A DNA stretch of 64,000 nucleotides from Anaerolineae bacterium (GTDB lineage Bacteria > Chloroflexota > Anaerolineae > JAADDB01): positions 10,021 to 74,020 of the forward strand of contig WFWT01000001.1 in assembly GCA_015490995.1 (NCBI GenBank), in the 5' to 3' direction. Under the pieces are notes generated by a model. That model saw only the letters and a program-made list of their open reading frames with translations, had not been told where the DNA came from and did not search any database. This document shows, piece after piece, positions 56,790 through 64,000 of the stretch; position 1 is the first letter of the stretch, and every line of letters begins with the position of its first letter. The translations under genes and the position numbers were made by a program.

Positions 56790-58790
56790 GTGATACAACA
56801 ACTGCGCGCACATTGGAGTCGCTTATCCGTCCGGTTAACGTTGGCTTTTCTTTTCGTGTCGATCATCCCCCTTGTCCTCGTCGGAGGATATGGACTCCAA
56901 GTCAGCACGCGTACCCTACAAGAACAAACCGTACAAAGCGAAATGCTGCGCCTGGAGGATGTGGTTTTCAGCATCGAGTTGTTTTTCAACGCTGCTACAG
57001 AGGACGCGCGCTTTTTGGCGCGTTCGTTTCCCGTACAAGCATACCTGAGTGCAGAGCGAGCTAACGACCGCGCCGCCATGGGGCGCATTGAGGAGGCCGT
57101 CCGTCAGGATCTCGCAGCCCTCGCGCAAGCGCGAAATGTGTACTCGCAAATTCAACTCGTTAACCTCCAAGGAGATGTGATGATCACCGTCGGGACGGAA
57201 AAAGCGCCTTCGGCGGAACCTGGACGCGCGTTACCTGACCCGGATCTCCAATCCGCAATTGCAAAGGGATTGACTCTGGCCGAGGGGGATATCTACATCA
57301 CACGCTTGCGTCTACGCCGCCAGGACGGGGCACCGCTGGTCCCATATGTCCCGACACTTCGGTACATCGTGCCGGTGTTCGCGAACGGAGAACGAATCGG
57401 CCTGGTAATGACCACGGTGGATGCTCGTCCGTTGTTTGAGCACCTGGCCACCATGGCCACGCCGAAAATCCCTGCCGTTGACGAGCACGAGGCAGGTCTT
57501 CTCTTACTGGTGGATGAACAGGGATTTTACCTGTGGCATCCCAACCCTCAAAAGCGATGGGGGGCCCCCTGGGACCTGAACACCGGCGAACAGTTCGGCC
57601 GGGATTACCCCGAGATGGCCCACATCGTAGGCAGCAAAGAGGCCGGCACCATTCAAACAAAGCAATGGCTGGTTACGTATATGCCGGTCATCCCGGCTCC
57701 TGAGTACCGTTGGACGCTGGTGGAAGTCGTGCCCTTGCAGGCAGTACTGGCACCGGTTCAGCAATTTCGCAACTGGTTCAGCCTCCTTATCGTGCTCGCC
57801 CTGGGCTTATCGTTAGGCCTGGGAGCGGTTATCGCCCGTTCTGTGGCACGACCCATTTCCGCCCTAAGCCGTCTAACCACCCGGATGGAATCCGGCGACC
57901 TGCGCGCTACGGAGATGATCCACGCGACCGGTGAGGTGGGTGTACTGGCTCGCGCCTTTCACCACATGCAGGATGAACTGCGAGGGGTGATCCAACGTAT
58001 TGCCCGGGCCACCCAACAAACCCACGACGCGGCGGAAACCCTCTCATCCATGAGCGCTCAACTGCGCCTGAGCGCGGAACAGATTGCCAGCGCGGTACAG
58101 CAGGTGGCCCAGGGTGCCGGTGTCCAAGCTACCCAAATTGACAACATCTCCCGTGCCATCCAGCAACTGGCCCGGGCCACCGACCAGATCGCCACCAACG
58201 CCGCTCACACCCAGGACACATCCGATCAGGCCTCACATAAAGCTAACCGTCTAGTCGAAGCATTGGACGATCTGCAACATCGCTCAGAGGACATTCAGAC
58301 CATGGCCCAGACGGTCAAACGCTTTGCCGATCAGACAAACCTGCTGGCCCTGAACGCGGCCATCGAAGCTGCCCGCGCGGGCGAACACGGCAAAAGCTTC
58401 GCCGTGGTGGCGGACGAGGTCCGTCGTCTTGCCGAGAACTCCCGGCAAGCGGTGGAGGACATCAGCGCCATCAATGCCCAAGTACAAGCCACGGTGCAAA
58501 ACGTCGCTACAGCCGTCCAAGAGATCGCCAACATCGTCCACGAGACCGCAGAACGCGCCCGACAGACGGCAGAAGCCACCGCCCAACAGCGCCAAGAGAC
58601 CGAAACCGTCGCCCAGGCGGTCAACGAAATCGCTGCCCTGGCCGAAGAACAAGCCGCCAGCACCGAGGAAATGGCCACAGCTGTGGAGGAACAAATGGTT
58701 TCTACAGAAGAATTAGCTGCTGCAGCCCAAAACCTCTCCCGTCTGGCTTCTGAGCTGGAAGAGCTCGTGGCGAAGTTTCAGGTGACGTGA
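56790..58790 (+). CDS. Methyl-accepting chemotaxis protein (periplasmic sensor, HAMP, MA domain)
   Basis: N-terminal TM helix, about 270-aa sensor domain, second TM helix, HAMP domain, and the conserved MCP signalling hairpin ([39 protein letters not shown]). Confidence 0.85.
   Translation: MIQQLRAHWSRLSVRLTLAFLFVSIIPLVLVGGYGLQVSTRTLQEQTVQSEMLRLEDVVFSIELFFNAATEDARFLARSFPVQAYLSAERANDRAAMGRIEEAVRQDLAALAQARNVYSQIQLVNLQGDVMITVGTEKAPSAEPGRALPDPDLQSAIAKGLTLAEGDIYITRLRLRRQDGAPLVPYVPTLRYIVPVFANGERIGLVMTTVDARPLFEHLATMATPKIPAVDEHEAGLLLLVDEQGFYLWHPNPQKRWGAPWDLNTGEQFGRDYPEMAHIVGSKEAGTIQTKQWLVTYMPVIPAPEYRWTLVEVVPLQAVLAPVQQFRNWFSLLIVLALGLSLGLGAVIARSVARPISALSRLTTRMESGDLRATEMIHATGEVGVLARAFHHMQDELRGVIQRIARATQQTHDAAETLSSMSAQLRLSAEQIASAVQQVAQGAGVQATQIDNISRAIQQLARATDQIATNAAHTQDTSDQASHKANRLVEALDDLQHRSEDIQTMAQTVKRFADQTNLLALNAAIEAARAGEHGKSFAVVADEVRRLAENSRQAVEDISAINAQVQATVQNVATAVQEIANIVHETAERARQTAEATAQQRQETETVAQAVNEIAALAEEQAASTEEMATAVEEQMVSTEELAAAAQNLSRLASELEELVAKFQVT
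58311..58393 (+). repeat. 83-nt perfect intergenic-copy repeat shared by the two MCP genes (second copy at 59801-59883)
   Basis: Identical 83-nt string ACGGTCAAACGCTTTGCCGATCAGACAAACCTGCTGGCCCTGAACGCGGCCATCGAAGCTGCCCGCGCGGGCGAACACGGCAA occurs in both genes. Flanking sequence drops abruptly to about 75% identity. Confidence 0.6.
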
Positions 58791-58792
58791 GC

Positions 58793-60385
58793 ATGTGGGA
58801 CTTATCGGGAGGATTAGACATGCCTGTTAGTCCGGATGTACAGGAGCTGTTCAGCGAATTGCTCTTCATGCTGGGAGTAGTGGGCACCACGTTAGCCCTG
58901 TTTACGCTGGGAGTGCGTTACTACATTGGTGCCAGTATCTTGACCGGCATCATGATTTGGATAAGCGCGCTGATTACAATCACTGTGGCTGCCGCCTTCT
59001 GGATCGGACATATGGGCATTACCGTGACAACGTTTTTCACCGCTTCTCTGGTCGGCTTTATTGCCACGTTGGGCACTTTATTTATGATCCACCGCCGAAT
59101 CGTCCGGCCCATCCGTGAAATCACGGAAGCCGTTCAGCACATGGCCCGGGGAGAACGCGGCCATTGCACCCTTTATCCCAGAGATGACGAGATAGGCGCG
59201 CTCTCACGCGCCTTTTGTGATCTCCAACAATACTTAGAGGAAATTGCTCAGGCTGCAGACCAGATAGCCACCGGAACCCTGGACACCCACATCCGCCTGC
59301 GGTCGGAGAGGGATCGGCTGGGAGAAGCGCTCACCCGGATGAACACTTACCTTCAAGAAATGGCTTCCCTGGCCCAGCGTATTGCCCAGGGAGACTTTAC
59401 CCACAGTGTTCACCCGCGCGGGGAAAATGACCGTTTTGGCCAGGCCTTTGTGCGTATGCTACGCGAACTGCAAGAGATAATCCGACATGTTACCCGCACT
59501 GCTGCTCACCTAGCTGCGTCTGCCGAGGAACTTTCGGCCATGATGGAAGAGATCAACACGTCGGCCGAACAGGTCGCGGGCGCGGCCCAACAGATCGCCC
59601 AAGGCGCGTCACAACACGCCCAGCAAACCCAGGAAATCAGTACACGCTTACGCCAGATGGCCCACGCGGCGGAACAGATTGACCGAAACGCGCAAGAGGC
59701 TGCAATAGCTGCACGGGAGACCCAAGATCACATCGAACATCTGGCAGTCACTGTGGACCAGCTCAACCAACGCTCTGACGAGATTGCCACCATTGCCGCC
59801 ACGGTCAAACGCTTTGCCGATCAGACAAACCTGCTGGCCCTGAACGCGGCCATCGAAGCTGCCCGCGCGGGCGAACACGGCAAGAGTTTCACCGTGGTGG
59901 CCGACGAAGTCCGTCGCCTGGCCGAAAATTCCCTGCAGGCCGTAGAAGACATCCGGAAACTCATAGCGCACCTTCAGGAAGATTTCCACGCCATTCTCAA
60001 AGACACACAAGAGGTACGTCTGCGGGCGGAACGCACGGTGCAACTTGCCGAAAACACGGCCGTCCAGGCCCAAGAACAGCACACCCAAAAAGCCCACATC
60101 ACCCGTTCCGTGGAGGAGATTGCTACAGTGGCCGAAGAACAAGCCACGGCAGCGGAAGAAATGGCCACGGCAGTGGAACAACAGCTGAGTTCCACAGAAC
60201 AAGTCGTTCAAACAGCCCAAGAGCTTGCCGAGCTGGCCTCTCTGTTAAGTGCCCTTGTACAACGCTTTCGTTTGCCCGAAATCGCGTCGCCCACACCCCG
60301 CGTAAAGCACGACCGGCCGCCTATAGAACCGGCAACGTTATCTACACAAGAGGAGGGAATCCTATGGCCCAACCCCCGATCCTAG
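58793..60385 (+). CDS. Methyl-accepting chemotaxis protein (4-TM membrane module, tandem HAMP, MA domain)
   Basis: Polytopic N-terminus without a large periplasmic domain, HAMP repeats, and the conserved signalling hairpin. Confidence 0.8.
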   Translation: MWDLSGGLDMPVSPDVQELFSELLFMLGVVGTTLALFTLGVRYYIGASILTGIMIWISALITITVAAAFWIGHMGITVTTFFTASLVGFIATLGTLFMIHRRIVRPIREITEAVQHMARGERGHCTLYPRDDEIGALSRAFCDLQQYLEEIAQAADQIATGTLDTHIRLRSERDRLGEALTRMNTYLQEMASLAQRIAQGDFTHSVHPRGENDRFGQAFVRMLRELQEIIRHVTRTAAHLAASAEELSAMMEEINTSAEQVAGAAQQIAQGASQHAQQTQEISTRLRQMAHAAEQIDRNAQEAAIAARETQDHIEHLAVTVDQLNQRSDEIATIAATVKRFADQTNLLALNAAIEAARAGEHGKSFTVVADEVRRLAENSLQAVEDIRKLIAHLQEDFHAILKDTQEVRLRAERTVQLAENTAVQAQEQHTQKAHITRSVEEIATVAEEQATAAEEMATAVEQQLSSTEQVVQTAQELAELASLLSALVQRFRLPEIASPTPRVKHDRPPIEPATLSTQEEGILWPNPRS

Positions 60386-60921
60386 CCCAGGATGAAAACA
60401 CCATTCGTCAATATGTGCTCTTCCAATTGCACGATACAGAGTTCGGCGTTCCCATCGAACAGGTGTGGCGCATTGTGCCCTACATTCAGGCGACCCGGGT
60501 GCCCCACGCGCCACCTGAGGTGGAAGGCCTCATAAACTTGCACGGAGAAATCATCCCTGTAATCAACCTGAAATACCGACTGGGCCTTCCCCCATCCTCG
60601 TACTCTGAAGACACACGCATCCTCGTGGTCGAGACGGATGAGCAACGGGTAGGTCTCACTGTGGACAGGGTAACCACCATCCTACGAGTGCCGATATCCC
60701 AGGTGGCCCCAGCGCCCCCCCTTCTCGACGAACACCTCCATCACCTTGGGAGCCAAATCGCCACCGTTGAGGACCGCATAATCGTGCTCCTAAATGTTCA
60801 TGATCTAATAACGACCACGGCGGAGACCATCGCCACGGCTGTATCGCCCACTCGTTCTACTTCAACGGAGGACAGGACATTATCCGATGAAAGCACAAGT
60901 GCGCGTCCTGGTTGTGGATAA
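60364..60921 (+). CDS. cheW: Chemotaxis coupling protein
   Basis: CheW-like domain ([12 protein letters not shown]...[14 protein letters not shown]) with a 30-aa Ser/Thr-rich C-terminal tail. Confidence 0.85.
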   Translation: MAQPPILAQDENTIRQYVLFQLHDTEFGVPIEQVWRIVPYIQATRVPHAPPEVEGLINLHGEIIPVINLKYRLGLPPSSYSEDTRILVVETDEQRVGLTVDRVTTILRVPISQVAPAPPLLDEHLHHLGSQIATVEDRIIVLLNVHDLITTTAETIATAVSPTRSTSTEDRTLSDESTSARPGCG

Positions 60922-61930
60922 TTCGGCACTCATGCGTCGGTGGTTGAAGGATCTGCTGGAATCCGACCCCGATATTGAAGTTATTGCAACGGCGAAAAAC
61001 GGTGACGACGCGTTAAAATGCCTTGCTCGCGAGCACCCTGACGTCGTCACCCTGGATGTAGACATGCCCGATCAGAACGGGCTAGAAGTGCTCCAGCACA
61101 TTACGCAACACACACCAGTGCCGGTGGTTGTGGTGACCGGGCTGACCCAACCGGAGATCGCCGCGGAAGCCAAAGCAAAGGGGGCTGTGGATGTTGTGTT
61201 GAAGCCTTCCGGCCCCCTCTCCTTGGACCTTTACAAAATTCGGGATGAGCTAGTCCATAAGGTGAAAGCAGCGGCCCAACACATGCCGGACACACCCGCA
61301 GTGACTACCCCCTCCTGCCTGTCAGCGACAATCTCCAACGTACGGCCTTATCCGTACTGGGGCGTCATCATCGGGGCTTCGACCGGTGGCCCCCGGGCAG
61401 TAGAGCACGTTCTACAAGCACTTCCGGCAGAATTGCCGGCCACTGTGGTCGTGGTACAACACATGCCGGCGGGGTTTACCTGCTCCTTTGCTGCTCGGCT
61501 CGACCAGCAATGCGCCCTCCCGGTAGTGGAAGCAAGCAACCACCTGGCCCTGAAACCGGGCCAGGTGGTCATCGCTCCTGGCGATTATCACCTGCGTATT
61601 GCCCCCACGTTTCCTTACCCCCTCATTCACCTGGACCGTTCACCACCTATCAAGGGCTTACGACCGGCCGTCGACCTGACCCTGATGGATGCCGCCGCGG
61701 TGTGGGGACCGCGCACCATCGGAGTGATCTTAACCGGTATGGGACGGGATGGACTTGAGGGAGCCCAAAGTGTTAAGGATCAGGGGGGCATCATTATTGC
61801 CCAGGATCGGGAAACCAGTGTGGTCTACGGGATGCCACGTGCCGTGGCCGAAGCCGGCATTGTCGATGCCGTCCTGCCCTTGGCGGCGATTCCAAACGCG
61901 ATTGTGGACATTATTTGCCGAGAGAGGTAA
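60887..61930 (+). CDS. cheB: Chemotaxis response-regulator protein-glutamate methylesterase
   Basis: Receiver domain (VLVVDNS...DVDMP) plus the CheB methylesterase domain (GASTGGP, catalytic Ser/His/Asp). Confidence 0.9.
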   Translation: MKAQVRVLVVDNSALMRRWLKDLLESDPDIEVIATAKNGDDALKCLAREHPDVVTLDVDMPDQNGLEVLQHITQHTPVPVVVVTGLTQPEIAAEAKAKGAVDVVLKPSGPLSLDLYKIRDELVHKVKAAAQHMPDTPAVTTPSCLSATISNVRPYPYWGVIIGASTGGPRAVEHVLQALPAELPATVVVVQHMPAGFTCSFAARLDQQCALPVVEASNHLALKPGQVVIAPGDYHLRIAPTFPYPLIHLDRSPPIKGLRPAVDLTLMDAAAVWGPRTIGVILTGMGRDGLEGAQSVKDQGGIIIAQDRETSVVYGMPRAVAEAGIVDAVLPLAAIPNAIVDIICRER

Positions 61931-61942
61931 GGAACACCACCC

Positions 61943-63568
61943 ATGATGGACATGTCGGAGTTCAAGGACCTGTTTGCCAGCGAGGCACAGGAACACCTGG
62001 ATACGTTGGTCGCAAAACTCTTGGAGCTCGAACAGACACCGCATAACCAGGAGGCGGTAGAAGCACTCTTTCGCGCGGCCCACAGCCTCAAGGGAATTGC
62101 AGCCACCATGGGATACCAGGAAGTAGCACGTGTTGCTCACGCGTTTGAGGATGTGCTGGACCTGCTACGTCACCGCGATCAGCCCGTCCCATCCTCTCTC
62201 GTAGATCACTTGCTAACCGCGGTGGACACGCTGAAAGGGCTCCTAGAAGATGCCCTGGCCGAGACATCCCCCCGTGTCGTGATAGAGGAGTGGATTGCTC
62301 AGTTCAAAGAGAACGCCGACACGCTGATAAACACGCATCACCTCTCTACGCCGGCCCCACACCGTCTAGGGTCTACACCATCCGTCGACAAGGCCATGCC
62401 AACGGATGGAGCAGTATTGCCCCAAACCATCCGCATCCACACCCGGCACTTGGACACGCTGTTAAACCTGGTTGCCGAACTGGTGATCAGTCGCAGCCGC
62501 CTGTGGCGTGTGTGGGAGCACCACCGCGTGCCGGAGCTACGGGAGGCACTTGAACATCACGACCGTCTTCTTAGCACCTTACGTGATACGGTGATTCAGA
62601 CCCGCATGGTACCGGTCGGCCAATTGTTTAACCGATTCCCTCGCATGGTACGTGATCTGCTCCACGAACAAGGTAAAGAAGCGGATTTCGTAGTCAAAGG
62701 AAGCGACATTGAACTGGACCGCACTATTCTCGAACACATGGCCGACCCGATTGCCCACCTGTTACGCAATGCAGTGGACCACGGCATTGAACCCCCTGCT
62801 GAACGGGAACAGGCCGGCAAACAACGACGGGGGCGTATCCGGCTTCAAGCCAGACGAGAACGGGAATCTATCGTCATCGAAGTCAGCGACGATGGCAGGG
62901 GCCTAGATCGAGAACATATCCTGCAGACGGCCCTCCGACAAGGCCTAATTACTGCGGAGGAAGCTGAACACCTCACCGACACGCAGGTCTTTTTGCTCAT
63001 CTGTCACCCTGGTTTTTCCACCGCGTCTCAAGTCACAGAAGTATCCGGCCGTGGTGTGGGCATGGATGCAGTTTACCGGACGGTGGAATCCTTGCACGGA
63101 AGCCTGCATATCACTTCCCGGCCTGGTGAAGGTAGTACCTTCGCCTTGCGTCTTCCGCTCACCCTGGCCATCATTCAGGCCCTCCTGGTAAAGATAGGCC
63201 CTGAACGGTACGCGATCCCTCTGAGCCAGGTGGAGCGGGCCGTGGAAGTCCACTTTGATCAAACTACACCCGTGATATCCCATCGCTGGCTTCACGACGA
63301 AGAGGGCCAAACGTTCCCTCTCCTGGACCTCGGCCACCTCCTGGCCGTCCCGCAGGAAGAGCCACCGCCCCCACGGCGGTACGCCGTTGTTGTGGGCAAA
63401 GATTCTCGACGGGTGGGCCTGCTCGTGGATGCTTTGCTCGGACGCCAAGAAATTGTCATTCGCCCGTTACCCCCTCTTTTAGCCCACCTGCCGGGCCTGG
63501 CCGGAGCCTCTATCCTGGGTGCCGGGGAAGTAATTCTCATCCTAGACGCCTTGCATTTTGTGGGCTAG
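61943..63568 (+). CDS. cheA: Chemotaxis histidine kinase (compact form: Hpt-dimerisation-HATPase-CheW, apparently lacking P2)
   Basis: Hpt domain with HSLKG, ATP-binding G-boxes (DDGRGLD, GRGVGMD), and a C-terminal CheW-like domain. Confidence 0.88.
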   Translation: MMDMSEFKDLFASEAQEHLDTLVAKLLELEQTPHNQEAVEALFRAAHSLKGIAATMGYQEVARVAHAFEDVLDLLRHRDQPVPSSLVDHLLTAVDTLKGLLEDALAETSPRVVIEEWIAQFKENADTLINTHHLSTPAPHRLGSTPSVDKAMPTDGAVLPQTIRIHTRHLDTLLNLVAELVISRSRLWRVWEHHRVPELREALEHHDRLLSTLRDTVIQTRMVPVGQLFNRFPRMVRDLLHEQGKEADFVVKGSDIELDRTILEHMADPIAHLLRNAVDHGIEPPAEREQAGKQRRGRIRLQARRERESIVIEVSDDGRGLDREHILQTALRQGLITAEEAEHLTDTQVFLLICHPGFSTASQVTEVSGRGVGMDAVYRTVESLHGSLHITSRPGEGSTFALRLPLTLAIIQALLVKIGPERYAIPLSQVERAVEVHFDQTTPVISHRWLHDEEGQTFPLLDLGHLLAVPQEEPPPPRRYAVVVGKDSRRVGLLVDALLGRQEIVIRPLPPLLAHLPGLAGASILGAGEVILILDALHFVG

Positions 63569-63641
63569 TCGGTCTATCTGCTACAATCGGGGCACGCGCT
63601 TCCTGACCACTCGACCTATACCGGCTTAGAGAGAGGGCATC

Positions 63642-64000
63642 ATGGCGGGGGAAAAGCACCCTGTACTCGCGGAAGATGTGGTCCACATTCGGGATGTCAA
63701 TCAGCCCACCATCTCCCCGGATGGTCGGCGGGTTGCCTTCTGTGTAGTGACCCATGCCCTGGAAGATAACAAAACGTACAGCCACCTATGGGTGTTGGAC
63801 GTGGCCTCTGGCGAATCGCGGCAGTTTACCTTCGGGCAACACCGGGACATGCTACCGCGTTGGTCCCCCGACGGCCGCTGGATTGCCTTTCTTTCCAACC
63901 GGGGTCACGAAAAAGAGATGCACCTGTGGATCATCCCCGCCGACGGAGGCGAAGCCCGTCAAGTCACATCTGCTCCTATCGTACGTGTCATAGACTTCGA
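63642..64000 (+). CDS. S9-family peptidase (acylaminoacyl-peptidase/prolyl-oligopeptidase-like N-terminal beta-propeller); 5' fragment truncated by the window edge
   Basis: ATG at 63642 with a GAGAGGG SD and an open frame to the window end. Repeated SPDGxxxAF propeller-blade motifs (ISPDGRRVAF, WSPDGRWIAF). Confidence 0.5.
   Translation, partial: MAGEKHPVLAEDVVHIRDVNQPTISPDGRRVAFCVVTHALEDNKTYSHLWVLDVASGESRQFTFGQHRDMLPRWSPDGRWIAFLSNRGHEKEMHLWIIPADGGEARQVTSAPIVRVIDF

Noticed and set aside
1-64000. Search for CRISPR arrays, IS elements, integrases, tRNA/rRNA genes or prophage remnants.
   Set aside because: No direct-repeat/spacer periodicity, terminal inverted repeats, transposase- or integrase-like ORFs, or tRNA-like cloverleaf/GTTCGAATC motifs were seen in any intergenic region. 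The only notable repeats are intragenic ones in the MCP pair, the HlyD duplication and the SBP linker.

Overview
This 64-kb window is a high-GC (about 60%), densely coding bacterial chromosomal segment. Purine-rich GGAGG Shine-Dalgarno sequences, frequent GTG starts and 1-8 nt gene overlaps suggest a thermophilic Chloroflexota-like organism, but that taxonomic guess is low-confidence. About 60 protein genes are callable; no rRNA, tRNA, CRISPR array or mobile element is visible. Gene content by coordinate: PHP phosphoesterase and an LPG-synthase-like membrane protein (54-1744); pyruvate:ferredoxin oxidoreductase nifJ convergent with a 3-Cys ferredoxin, plus citrate synthase (2097-7301); cobT, a NicO-family metal transporter and cobS behind a possible cobalamin riboswitch (7400-10228); an SDR, isocitrate dehydrogenase and sdhCDAB (10338-16008); a sugar ABC importer (SBP, two permeases, ATPase) followed by an unknown-domain::GDPD fusion, a metzincin-like membrane protein and a GT-C glycosyltransferase (16257-25826). 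The main find is a complete bacterial microcompartment (BMC) operon of the bioinformatically predicted but uncharacterised sugar-phosphate-utilising (SPU) type on the minus strand at 26043-32013. It encodes RpiB and deoxyribose-phosphate aldolase (both with N-terminal encapsulation-peptide-like extensions), a CcmP-like double-stacking BMC-T, a BMC-H, an embedded MBL-fold hydrolase, a BMC-P vertex protein, a CoA-acylating aldehyde dehydrogenase and a PduT-like BMC-T. No PduL or alcohol dehydrogenase is present, and the operon is translationally fused to upstream gltX-lepB. After that come the nadC-nadA-nadB-niaR operon and a GntR regulator (34459-39588). A minus-strand cluster at 39570-49246 is the second item of interest: SDR, glutamine-synthetase-like (GlnA3/GlnA4/PuuA family) ligase, ugpQ-like GDPD, ugpBAE, a PuuD-like class-I amidotransferase and tungsten-type aldehyde:ferredoxin oxidoreductase, which I propose as a glycerophosphodiester/ethanolamine gamma-glutamylation catabolic route. 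The rest is a TetR-controlled ABC-2 efflux system with a tandem-duplicated 852-aa HlyD-type membrane-fusion protein (49461-55709), a chemotaxis cluster cheR-mcp-mcp-cheW-cheB-cheA (55924-63568) and a truncated S9-family peptidase at the 3' edge.
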